Assembly (NCBI GenBank): GCA_036172245.1 | Contig: JAYWIR010000029.1 | Location: 868,001-932,000 of the forward strand | Direction of reading: 5' to 3' | DNA length: 64,000 bases | DNA from: Raillietiella orientalis | Taxonomy: Eukaryota | Shown: positions 26,836 through 39,200 of the stretch, piece by piece | Layout of the letters: every line of letters starts with the position of its first letter | How positions within the stretch are numbered: position 1 is the first letter of the stretch | The notes under the pieces: generated by a model | The model's input: the letters and a program-made list of their open reading frames with translations, nothing else | What the model was told of the DNA's origin: nothing | Databases searched by the model: none | Translations under genes and position numbers: made by a program

Positions 26836-27845
26836 AACTCTCGGAGAGTAGGAAAATGGGAATCCGAGAGAAAGGAAGGCTCTCCTCCCGTGGAGGCGTT
26901 TCTCCAAGTGACAAAGAATCGTCGGCCCCCGACCACGACTCGAGGTCACTGTCAGGTGAGAAAGTCTGGTACGAGCTACCTCCAGTCAAGAGAAAAGTGG
27001 AAGTTCGCGAGTCGGACGCGGAGTTTCAATCGGAGTTTTCTATTCCCGGTCTTCGACGTGAAGGGGGAGGAGAAACCACGACGGGGACAAAAACCAAGGA
27101 GCTGAAAGGATGCTCAGGCCTTGGTATGAGTTCCGCACACAATTCGCATTTCAGATCTGTAGCAGTAGCAGTAGAATCCCTTTCACCTAAGTCACCACCG
27201 ATACTGAGGATGGGTCTCAATGGCGAACACTGTCATGGCAAGAGGATCCAGTAGGATTCTAGCAATTCAAAACAGCGCCGCCGCGTTCCTCCCGTTGTCA
27301 TGGATACTCAACCGCTGTCTTGGTCTGCTTCTTTTCTCCTTGTTTGAGTCCCTCGGAGTCTTTATGTGTGTGTGAGTGTATTCATTCCCTCCTGAAGAGG
27401 TCGTTCCCTCTGGCCCGATCTTTGGGTCTGAAACCGCTCTTAGACCTGTTAGCTGGACGACGGTGCGATACGCCCTGCTTCCAGAGCATCTCTTGAATTT
27501 CGTGTGAATGTGTTTTTTTTTTTTTATTCGTCATGGGGCTGGCGGAAGACATGTGCTAATCATCGGCAGCTGCTGCACCAGTCTTGCAGTCTGCCGCGCC
27601 CGAGCCAGTTCGGCTTGTCGCGATCCGAGTCTCCCTTCTTCGGACCGGCCGCACTTACGAGCCAGGAAGGGAGAAACAGGGATATCGTTCTTCGCTGCGT
27701 GGAAACGTGCTCACCATCTCTCCTCTCTCCCAGAAGCGCCTTTTTTTTTGTGTGTGTGTTTTTTTCGTTTTTTGTTCTTTCGTGCTTTCCTCCAAGGGCG
27801 TGATGGGCATACGCGCGATTTACGTGATGCAAATCGAAGGAGAGG

Positions 27846-30800
27846 TCATGATAAGTGGGCTTCTCCAGAAAACTGGTGGACTATGCTCTTGATCCAGGGT
27901 TTGTAGAACTGCATCCTCATGTAAACTCCGGGAAGGTTGGGCGCGGCGCACTTGATGCCGTGAGAAACGGTTCCCACCAGGATCCACCTATTGTCTGAGT
28001 TTTTCACCATCAGCGGGCCGCCGCTGTCCCCCTGAGGGAAGCAAAAGAGCACGGAAGAGATGAGGCAGGAGCGAGAAGGAGGGGCCGGGTTCTCAAGGGG
28101 GTCGGGTCAGGCGAACCATTCGTCCGACCCGGACCCCTCCGCTGCCAAGACACAACGGGTGATGCGTACCTCGCAGGAATCCCTCTTCCCTTGCTCGTAC
28201 CCGGCGCACATGAAGCTGTCCAGGATTTTCTTGGAATGGCCGGCTTTGATGAACATCTTCTGGCACTCTTCGTTTGTGATGATGGGCACGTCGACTTCCT
28301 GAAGGACGCTTGGAACCGCCCCATCTGAAAGCATTCGGTCAGCCGGCGACCAGCTCCCCCTTGGATCTGCCCTACTGTAAGTCAGCCTTCCCCATCCCGT
28401 GACTTTCGCAATGTGTCCTTCGAACTTGGAAAAATCGTCCGGCATGCATATGGGCACGATGTGTGGCTGAAAATCTATGACCTTGTTTAGAACGAGGATG
28501 GCCAGGTCGTTTTCGAAGGTCGCCGGAACGAAATCCTTGTGGACAATGATTGTCCTGACTGTCTTGATCTCCGGCTTCATAGGTTCGCGGGATCCGCTGA
28601 CATCGGACTCACCCAAGACAACCAGTAGGGAAGCCAGGAAGCTGCTGAGGAAAAAAAGGACAATGAACTTCTTGAATGCGGCGCAGGCGGGCTCCATCCC
28701 TTGTGGGAACGCTTTTCCCTCATCCCTGCGCATCCCTGAGGGCAACCCCAGAGACGTTTCAAAGCACCTCTTCCTGCTCGACGCCTTCACGCCGGCAGGC
28801 TGCATCCTTAGCAGCACTTTGCTGCCTACGCGGCGGGACCGTGATGACATGGGGCAACGCCAGAGGAGGCCTGCACGACAGGAATGCCATCTATTTTGCT
28901 GTCCTCCTCATGAGGATAGCGTCAAGATGGCCCCATCTGGGAGCCTTGAAACAGGAACTTGCCGGCACCCTGCAAAGGATGCAGAGGGTGCCCTCCAGCA
29001 TCCGGTGATCCCTTCCCGAACCCTCCCTATTTTTTCGTACATATTTTTGGTTTCATTTTTCGTTTTGTTGTTTCCCCTTCCCCTGCGCTACCGAGGCGAA
29101 CCCCGCTGGTCTGCGTGCCAGTTCTCGGCAGGTTCCCTTTTGTATATTCGTAACATGGCAGGACCAAGCGTCCTGCCACTGACCTGCATGTTCATTTTTC
29201 ATATAGATAAACGCCCCGGGGTAACCGGGTCTCAACAAAGAGGTTCCATCGCAGCAACAAGTGCGATCTGCCGGACAGAACAGACTCGACGGAGCGGACA
29301 GTAGCAGATCTCAAGGAAGATTGCGATCTGCGTGGGCAACGCGGGAACGACGCTGGTGTGCTGGGAGAGGCCAGCAAGCTCACGCTCGGGATCTTGCAGC
29401 AGGCAGCAGCTGCACGCGGGCTGAAGGTTGCCTGGCCCTCTTTGCGTGGAGTCACTCGGGCTGCAGTCTCCATACGACTTCCAGCCGCATGGCTGTCTGC
29501 AAGAAAGCATCAGCTGCCGAACGATCCAACGTGTGCTCGGCAACTCTGCGAGCGCCGCAGGCCAGGAGATGTCCTCCTTTCGAAAATCAAAGCAATACAA
29601 GGGGATCCCGTGCGGCTCCGAGACGCGTAAGCTGAAGAATTTTGCGATTCCGCTCAAAACCGTGCGTCTGCCATCCTCCAAGAGTCACCATTTTTCGCCA
29701 TCCGCATCGGTGCACCTCAGGTGGCCTTTCTTCCCTTGACAGCGAAACTTCTCGGCAGGCTGCAGCCCCTTCTGCGGCTGCAGTCTGTCAAGGAACTCGG
29801 GTAAGCAGTCAGGGTGTCGGCGTGGAATGAAAGCTCAAGCCATCCCACGGGAACAGAAGTGAAGAAGCCGTGCAGAACTGCGCACGGAGAGAGAGGAAGA
29901 GAGGCTTCAGTGTTTCAGAGGGGACTTCCGCGAGGCAGTAGCGCTGCTGGCTCCGGAACCAATTCTGAAGGGAAGACTTCACGCTCATAAAATCGCACCC
30001 GACCATGCATTCAGTGTGCCAGGAGAGCAAATCCCACGATGGGGTCTACCGGGATTCTACTGAGCGGCGGCTGACGAGCAAGGACGTCCTCACCGTGATG
30101 GCAGCCGGGGACGCAAGGACCCTCGAGCTCAATCCTTCGGCCACACACCACGGTATTCTCTACGAAGCGAACGGACAGTCCTAGCAAGAGAATGGCATCC
30201 ACCAGAGATCCGAGTTCCTGATTTAGAGTCGTCTCCCGAGCACTTGATTCGTCTTTCCACGGTGTTCGATAAAATGCCCCAGGGGCAATATAAATGTGTT
30301 TGATTGGGTTGGTTGTACACTCATGCAACGCCATATGCATCTGTACGCACCCACATCATGGAATTCCGTCGTTAGCGCAACTGCGTACATCAAAATTAGT
30401 CACACAGATGTCACGTAGAGAGAACCCAGAGCGGTGTGACGACCTCTTGAGCCCTCGCTTACCTCGGTTGGCAGTGTGCCGCAGTCAGCACGTGGCGACC
30501 CGTTATCAGGACTCCTCCGCACTTGTTCTTCGTGAACAGCCCGAGCCACGTGGACTCCTTCACGAGTACCTGCCAGGGCCACTCCCCGAACTTTGCCTGG
30601 TATCCTCCGACGACCCTCGCTTCGCTGTAGATGGGCTTCACTCCGCAATCTGCTCAAACATGCAGGCATGGATGAGATCCAGGAATCGCCAAGGGACAGG
30701 TTCCTCCCTCCCCTCTTCGTGTTATCACGCTACAGCTTTACCCTCACACCCAATCACTTTCCTTCATAAATTGGATTCAAGCTTTTCCTTGCTCTGCAGC

Positions 30801-33800
30801 AGAACAGGAAAGGAGGGGAGTCCTCGTTACCTTTCTTATAGTCCCAGTGACGCGTCACCACTGTGGAAGACGTGGTTGTGACGGACGTGGGACGCGGTGC
30901 CGGAGTGCTGCTGCTGGTGGACGAAATGGAGCTTGCAGGAGAAGTTATCTCCGAAGGAACCGTACTGACAGTTTCTCTGGTGAGGTGGCTGGAAGAGGAA
31001 CTGAGAGGGATGAAGGAATAGATGGGATCGTTTTTCAAGGGCGCGGAAGTCGTCGCGAACTTTTCGGGATAGACGGTGTAATCGTAATAGGCGGCACTGT
31101 TGTTGCGCAAAGAGGATGCACTGGAAGGGAGGGATCCTGGGGTAATGGAAGAGATCATGGGTTTCGTCGTCGTTGCTGAGGTTGCTCCTCTGGAAACCAG
31201 GGTTCCCAGGTCACCCGAGGTCGCTTCATGAGGTTCCTGTGATACAGGAGGGTCACCTGCAATCCAGCGGGAAAGGTGAACTCACGGTTTCTGTATTGCC
31301 AGGTACGGAAGCTGCCGGCGGTTCCCGCTTAACCTGAAACCAGTGTTCCTTCTTTGTTACTGCTGTCGAGCGGTTTCAAGAGACCGCGGTAGCGGTGCGC
31401 GCAGAATCGTGAATGAGCAGATCACGCGGAGCGCGAGCGCGCCCGTTAGCGACGACCCGAAACCTCAAGGACCGCGCATGTGCTGACCGAAAGCAGTGAA
31501 CGTGTTCCGTCCTCGGCGGTACCTCGGCTGAAGAGTGGCTGACCTTCGCACTGGCAGGCGAGCAGCGACAGACCGTCAGGCGCGCGGCGCGCGCGCAGGC
31601 GCGTTCTTTCCGAATCGCTTCGCCGCACCTCGCGGGAAAAAGAACCACCGTGCACATGGGACAGGAAGCATCTTACCGTGCTCGCAGACTTCGTGTGATC
31701 CCAGGGGTGGTATAAGGAATCTTGGATAAAGTTCACGGGGGTGTTCTGCGGAGCGGGATTCTTGCCCGGAGGCAAGACTGTGGCTCCCCAAACACCCGAA
31801 CTGTTCACGAGATCACCAGCGGATTGACTAGAAAGGCTCGCGTGTGAAGGATGCGAAGAGTTCTCGAATTCGCCCGACACGGTCGACCAGTGGGTTTCGG
31901 GATTCGCGCCGGCACCTCCAGGGAGGGAACAACATGCGCCGAACAGGAAGCGGTCCATGCAAGCTCCCAGAAGCTTCCCGCTCTTCATCTGACACTCCAC
32001 GTTGAACATGCAGTATCCTTCTTCTCCCTCCTTGTTCTGACACACTTTGAGCTTGATGCGGTATTTGGAGATAACTCGAGCTCCTGAATAAAAAAAGGGG
32101 GGGGGGAGCTTTAGCTCTAAAAAGAGGGAAAAGGGGGAAAAAATGGAAGGAAGACTCCTGGCAAGAGATCCACATGCCAATCGTAGGAAAAGAAGGAAAA
32201 AGACAGCAGCCCTCTCTTTCCCCCTGGAAGAAATTTTCTATGCTATCGAAGTTTCTGCTCCTACGGAGAGAATGGCTGTCCATGCAAGCCACGGTCTTTC
32301 CGTAGAGAGGAGTCCTCAAACCTTACGAGGAGAAGGTTCGGGACTGCACCTCCTCTAGCCCTAACCTCTCAGGCGCCCGCTCCATGAACGGATGGGGCGG
32401 TGGAAGGAATTCCTTCCCGCCATTCCCAAGCTTGCAGCATGAAGCTGCTAGAACCAGGCCAGGACCAATCGCGCTCCAGCGCCCAAGCCGTGCTCCGATC
32501 TCTCCGGTGTTCCCGCCGGCTCCTGCATCGGAGTCCTGATGGGGAGCCTGCTAAGATCACACACTTCCCGACCATCCTCCCCTGCACGCAGCAGAGATCG
32601 CTGGTTCGCAACGCGAGTGACCTTCCTGATTGCAGAGAGCGCGCACATCGGGCATCGTCTCGACACGGAACCGCCCTGTGGGATCCGCCATGAAAGACCG
32701 CCGCGCGTCGCGACCTCCCTTTCCGATGAAATTGGACGTTCGCTGCGGATGTCCGGCGGCTGCGCCTCGCCCCGCTGAGGATCCTCTCGGCGCTCTCCCC
32801 CTCTCCAAAAAAAAGCCTTGCCAACCCAAAACCGCAATCGAGCATTCTTTTGTATCGAGTCTGCGCACGTCGTCTTCTGCAAATGGACGACCGTTTTTTG
32901 TGTGTTTTTCCTTTTCTTTTCTTTTCTTTTTTTTTTCGGAAATGAATGCATCGGCAGCTTTATGGGGCGGCCATTGCCTTCAGCGTGCATGCAGTCGTCT
33001 CCCATGTGGCTCCCGGATCCTGCCTCACTTCCCCGCGAACTCATCTCACGGGCGAACGGCTTTCTTGCCCGAGGAGAGGTGGGAATGTGCACGGACATCC
33101 GAGTGCTGCAAAGGGCACATGGTGGCCTCCCGCTGCAAGAGCCGCAAAATTCCACAGTTGGTCCACAATCCCACTGGGAGGAAATTCCACAGTTGCTCCG
33201 GCCTGGACGTGAATGAGAGCGAACGGGTCAGATGACCATCGGGAAACCTCCGCAAGAGCCCATCAGTGAAGATGGCGGAGGAAGGGTGGAAAAAGCGCGT
33301 GTGAGCTCACGCAACGCAGTGGACAAGATCTCCACTGCTCAGCTTCCTCGACACGACGTGGCTCCGTTTCCGACTTTTCCGTTTTTAGACTTCTCATCGA
33401 TACTTGGAACAGCAGCGCCAGTCCGGAAAGCGGAAATCAGTGAAAACACCCCGGGACTTGTCGCGTAAAACTCTGATGGCGCATCCACGCTGTCTTTGGA
33501 TGTCCTTAGTATCGTCTGCCTAGGATTTATTTTGGAAGAAGGACATAATCTCAACGAGCTGCCTCTGATGACCCGACTTTCACGAGTGTGGGCACAAAAT
33601 CCCTGAACTTAAGAGGCATGGGTGGTTCTCTGATTGGCATGAGTGGACATGGAAGAGAGCAAACAGCAAAATTCGGCGAATCGTTTGTGGGTTTTTTTAC
33701 TGCACTCTCAAACGAGGGCACTCTTCAAACCTTTCCAACCTCTCTTGAATCCAAGTTCCCTGTCAATCCGATCTTCTCGCCACTCTGAGTGCTGCCAAAA

Positions 33801-36259
33801 TGCTGTTCCAGCTGGCTCCCCTTGCTTTCCCATCCATGGGCTCCTTCCACTCTGTTCTCCTTGAGGTTTCAGGTGTCGTCACGCTGATGGCAATGTCTTC
33901 ACTCCTGGGCTCCCTGCGAAAGTCGCAGTCATCGCCACCGTCTCGTCTGCTATCAGTAACCACCATCAACGACAAGAGCATCTTCACTGCTTGCAGCCGC
34001 ATCAGATTTGCAATCCCACTTTTCCCCATTACTGATTTTCCTTCACCTGCTCATCCACTGACGTACCGTCTCGGGCTGCTTTCCCATTCAATAGATGGCG
34101 CCAGCGCGGCAGTCACTCATTCAATGGCAGGAATTCATCAAAGTACGACTGTTTTCCAGCATGGCGATTCCTCACTCAGAATATGTTCTTTCAGATCTAC
34201 TGATTGGTATTATCGCTCGAGAGGGAACATTTTCTCCCTACGATTCCCGAATCGGTATCGAAACATGCGTTTTAAGCAAAGAAGACACTCCAGTTGCCAT
34301 TGCCGTCGGACCCCACGGACCCTCACCTTATTCCGATGGGCCTTCAGGTCCTTTCGAGTTTCGTCTTCAGAACGCGGTGCAGGATCAATCCCGGGAACCT
34401 TCCTCCGTGCTGAAGTTCGTTTTCCCGTCTTCGAGCGCTTCGGGCGTGTGCGTCGTCCTCAACCCTCTGCGCGATCCGCAGACACGACTCGTGGGCGGAG
34501 GCACCTCTCTTCGGTTCGTAAGCGTCAATGCGCCCATTCTGAAACGTTTTCTCGGAAGTCCTGATTTTGGGATCCCCTGCACGCATTCTTCCTTGATTCC
34601 TGAATCCTCCGCGGACTTCTGATCCTCAGGTGCCTTTTGTATTCGGGTTTTCCTCTCGGGGATAGGCGAGCCCGATAAAATTCCTTCAGGAAAACTGCCT
34701 GAAGTGGGTTCAAATCGGCGAACCTGATTGCCTGCCTTCCTCCCTCCCACCCCCTCAAATCTCCTGCTTGAATTCTTCCCTTTGATTATGAATTTCGCCC
34801 GCACTGCTTCTGAAAGGATGACGGAGAAGTCTGGGAGAGACGATCACGTCATTCGGTTTCTCCGTGACAGGTGAGAACCACAGCGCTGGCGTCTCCTCCC
34901 CTCCCCTCGAGACTGGACCCTGTGGCATCTCATGTCCGCTTCCTCTGCTTTGCTCTCCTGCAAGGAGGTTCCGTCGATCCGAAAGGAAGAAACGGCGGGA
35001 AGAGAACTCGGACTTTGGATCCTTGGAGATGATTGGGTGTGACAACCACATCGGGCTCGTCACTTTTGATTTCGCTCAGTGACCCATCGCCCCTCGGGTC
35101 GGGTTGACCCATGCGATGCCCGCAGCAGCGGTTCTTTTTCTTTTCGGCAGCTTCTCCCGGTTGACACGGCCGTGCCGATTCCGCGCGCAGAGGGAACCGG
35201 CAGTAGCACACTTGACTCCCGTCCCGCCTCGGCAGACAAGGAAAGCGCACAGGCGTCTTCCCTTTTTGCGCTTTCGTGTCTGCGCGATCGAGTTTCGAGA
35301 AAAGACTGCTCGTCCGAGTAACAGCTCGGAGACCCGTCGACTTCCATTGCTTTCTGTCGCGGTCCTCTCTCTGGCACGACGACGACACACCGGAAACAGG
35401 AAGGAGGAGGAGGAAGAAATGCGTGCCCATCGCGCGTGCCCGGGGATGAGCGCCTCCGCGAACTTGCTCTTTCGACCGCGGCGACAACTGCGCCTGCCCG
35501 GGAGTCGAGGGATGCAAGCGCGTGTCTCCAGCAGCTGGATCGAGAGACTGGCACGGCCACGCACAGGAAGCAGGAGGTCCGAGACCTCGGCTGGCACTGG
35601 ACCGGATTCACAGCTTGCGTGCCCTTCCGAAACGAAGAGGGTAACGCAAGCTCGGAGAAGCCCGGTCGTTGCAGCTTCTCTGCAGAGGATCCCTCCCGTC
35701 CACGCTCCCCCCCTCCCGGTCGCGTGCTAGGAAAACTTGCGCTTCTGGGATTCGGGAGTCCGGATCGAACGTTTCAGAGACTCTTCTTCGTTTTTCTGGC
35801 TTGTCTTTTACTTGTTCCCCCCCAACCTCATCCGCCCCCCGTTGATACGGGGGATCAACGCCGACTGCGGAAGGTGAGCCCGATTCGCCCAGGAGGCTGA
35901 GACGCCACCCATCTCTGCGCGTTCACTTTCTCACGAATACACGAGGACCCTTCTCTCCCCATCAGCCTGCCGGGCGTAGAGACCGCTGACTCCTCGAAAA
36001 TCAAGAGCGTCGTTGTCTTCCACTTTCTTCCATCATCCCGATCTGCATGGGAAAGAGGGGGAGAGAAAGAAGGTGAAGGTGAAGCCCTTCCTGTAACTCT
36101 TGCGAGAAATCTCCCCTCCCTGCGGGTCACAGCAGCGTCCGCGACGCCGTGCGGGTCGCAGCCGGTGGACTCACCTTCACCACGAAGATCCGACCGTAAG
36201 CAGAACACCCTGACGATGCAAACGATGCTGATCCACAGAACCAGCGAAGCCTTGGTCAT
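27846..36259 (-). CDS. flz: Stubble-family serine protease, filzig/lumens-interrupted-like, about 579 aa
   Basis: Exons (minus): 36259-36175 ([20 protein letters not shown], signal/anchor), 32083-31677 ([17 protein letters not shown]...[13 protein letters not shown]ys domain), 31333-31286, 31236-30831 (S/T linker ...WDYKK), 30649-30463 ([46 protein letters not shown]), 28641-28376 ([21 protein letters not shown]), 28324-28170 (..DSCE), 28031-27846 ([27 protein letters not shown]). Total 1740 nt, in frame. [15 protein letters not shown] and [10 protein letters not shown] match filzig orthologues as I recall them. An acceptor at 36267 implies a further upstream exon. Confidence 0.92.
28660..29232 (+). 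mobile_element. 3' fragment of the same LINE family (copy 2), antisense in a filzig intron
   Basis: Shares [11 protein letters not shown](D/N)AI(C/Y)FAVL..R.A.RWP and the 3'UTR hairpins with copy 1. Confidence 0.65.
34632..34727 (+). ncRNA. Candidate degenerate HDV-like self-cleaving ribozyme
   Basis: Ordered P1-P2-P3-L3-P3'-P1'-P4-CGAA-P2' topology found by eye; see the finding for details. Confidence 0.3.
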
Positions 36260-39200
36260 TTGACGTCCTGAAATCAAAAACGGGGAAAATTAGGTCACTT
36301 CTTCCACGCAAAAAACAGCTCGCAGGCCGCGCGCGTGCCGACCCGACCTCCGGATCACCGTTCGGCACAGGAACTTTTCGCAGCGAGGGGGCTCGCTCCC
36401 TGCCCCTCCCCTTCTACCGTGGCAGCGTTAGCCACCCTCCCTCCGTTCGTTCTTCTCCGCCTCCCTACCCTCCTCTCTCTGTTCGCCCCTTGAGCGCACC
36501 GCCGCGGGGCGATGACACCGGACCCGACCGACAAGGCGAGTCCCCCCGCTGGAAGAACCACTGCCGTCTGGAAATCAAGCAAGATCGTTTCACCCACGCT
36601 TCCTGCCTTCCCGTCACGGGAGAGCTGGACGGACGCGGTGGGCGCGCGGCACAGGAAGGGTGCTCGCGAATGGGTCTCCGGAGCAGGAAACCGGAATCCG
36701 GTGTTTTGCCCCGGTGACGGTACAGGGCTTGAGCGCGCGCGCCGAGGGCGGACTGATGGGCGCGAAAAGGGGCAGCGCGCGTCAGCCTTGGCGCTCTGAA
36801 GAAGAGAACGCACCGGGCCGCTACCCACTTTGCTTTCTCTTCGCCGCGGGAAAAGCGACCAGACTCCGATGCCTCTCGCGGCGACCAGCGGATCACTTTC
36901 TAAGAGACGCCGCATCCGGTGCCTCCTCCCCTCTCTGCTCCTTGGCACGTGCCTCGGCGTTCGCAGAGGACCACGTCTGCAGTTCCTTGACCTGTCCAGG
37001 AGGCAAGGCTTACGCGCTCTGCTAACTTTCGGACCGCTTTGCCTTTACGGGATCTGGCCCTTCGGATCTACTAGCGTGCGGCTCGGGGAACTTTGACAGG
37101 ACCGCACTCGTCCGTAAGGAGGAAGCATCTCGCGATCTCCGTCTCATACGAGAGTAGCGCGTTCTTCGCCATCACCCTTTCTCATGCGGCGATGAGCAAA
37201 AAGGCCAAGGAGGTGGGGAGAGAAAAGCAGGTCAGACAGGGATCGGAAGGCGGAAGCACCGTTTCGATTCCTCCCTTTGGATCACCATTGGATACGTTTG
37301 TGCACGGCACCATGGTGATGCCATGCGGGGGATGCGTTTTGTCTCCCATGAGCCCGCCACCATACGCAGCAAATGAGCCGACACATTCGTCGGGTGCTCT
37401 CATTCCCTATCGCTGCTTGAGCCGCTCACCAGCTCTGACCCGCAACGTGATTCCTTCTTAGATTCCCAAAAATCGCATTTTCCGGGAAACGGCAAGGATC
37501 ACCGAGGATTCAGGGAAGTGGCACGCCCTGGTACGGGGGTCTGGGAATGCGAGCTAGGGAAAGGAATCTCCCCATGTGATCTGGGATCGATCCCGTCAGG
37601 CGGTCTAATGCCGATCGTTGGCTAGGCGAGGGGCAGCCTTCCGCAGACCGCGCGGTCCAGAATCCAGTCGGATCTTCGGGGAACCGGAGGTCAGTGGCAA
37701 TCGAGGTTGCTGATAACCCGCACAGGTCTGGGAGCAGCGGAACCGACAGCAGACTGCATGACCCTTGGGAGCTGGTTCAGGGCAGCTGTCTACGCCGTGG
37801 TGTCAGGCTGCCGCCAGCAATCTCAGTGGCCTTGGTCGCAACCGGCCTTCGGCAACAACGGAAGAGTTTCTCAGAGATCCCCATGAATTCGAGGTGCACT
37901 TGGAGTGCGGCTGGATGCAAAGAGGTGGACAAAATGAAATTGCCTTCCCACATTGCTCGCACGCTTTTCGGAACCCATGCTCCCAAAGGAACAACGAAAT
38001 CGTCCCCCAGAGGTATAGACTGTTCCAAGGTCTCCAGGGAAAACGTTTCTTCTCTTGTTTCCTTCCGTCTTCCGCCCCTAGGCCTGGCTCCAGCATTCTT
38101 ACGACCCTGATTTCCTCAAACACGTTTCTCGTGCACCAGCTCAGTGCATGCAGGAAGGTACAGAGGATTTTCTTTAGAGTGTTCTTTTGGAATCTGCGCT
38201 TCATAGCATGGAAGGAGGCTGGAGAGATGATGGCCAGGTAATGGACGACCGAAGGAACTCTCACTAGTGCAGTCCTCATTGATAGCATTTTGGGAAGGGC
38301 TAGAAAAGAAGGGGGAAGTTCGCATGTTGCCTTGCTGCCGTCGGGAACGAGAGAGAGTTCTCCGCGTCCGAGAGAAGCGCTTCAGTCGCGAAGAGCACGA
38401 ACGCGAGGCCAACAAGAAACGGCTGAGGAACTCTGGTAAGCCACCCTGCTGGAAGCTCTCAGTGGGAATCCCAGTGGAACCACGGGATCCAGGCAACCCA
38501 CTTCTTCGCATTCAGAGGACGACAGAGCACGCTGAAGCCAAATGCAAGACACACTCCCCTGTATGGTGGGAAGGTCTTCGGGACCCTCCTTCTCGGTCGG
38601 TTCCTAGGCAACGAAATGTGCTTGCGGTCTCTTATTGCGGCTGCCGAGTTCTCGAGTCGCTTGGGGGCCATTTTGGAAGTCCAATATTTCTGCAATTCCA
38701 GTTGCCCTTCAAAAGTTCTCTTGCAGAAGATGACGTGGGACGCCAAAAGTGCGTACCGAGAAAGCGCAGAAAAAGAAAAGAAAAGTGGGAACCAACTGAT
38801 CCAAAGAGACTTGAATTCTCCTGCCGAGTGTTTTTGTTTTGCTTTGTTTTCCCTTGTGACCCTCGCAGGCCACATGAAAAGGCCTTGCTAAAGGAAGTCA
38901 CTCGTAATTACGAAAACGAAAACAAGCTGCGAGGGATCTGCTTCTAGAAAAACACAAACAAACATACACAGACACAACGGGAACTGCCCCAGAGAAAGGA
39001 AGATTCGCTTATTGAAATGCTTGGTGAGGGACGGAAAGGGATGAGTGATTTCTTCCACGTACGCACTTGCGAGGTTCCTACGATGCCGGTCGGTACGGAC
39101 GATCACAACAACAGCCGTGCGCGCGGCTGTTGTTGCTGTTCGGACTTTTTCCAAGAGGAAGGCATGAAAGACTGGGCAGACGGGGAAAGGGGAAGGGATA

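Noticed and set aside
27385..27465. CTGAAGA...GAAAC with nearby hairpins
   Set aside because: No contiguous stem II closes the core, so it is not a hammerhead; the weak structure could be chance.
34706..34716. GGTTCAAATC B-box suggesting a tRNA or SINE
   Set aside because: No A-box or cloverleaf; better explained by the pseudoknot candidate or by chance.
31300..37100. Many long overlapping ORFs on both strands
   Set aside because: Expected in GC-rich intronic DNA with few stop codons; no recognisable motifs beyond the filzig exons.
38340..38450. REANKKRLRNSGKP resembling a transposase N-terminal motif
   Set aside because: A single short motif with no TIRs or downstream homology.
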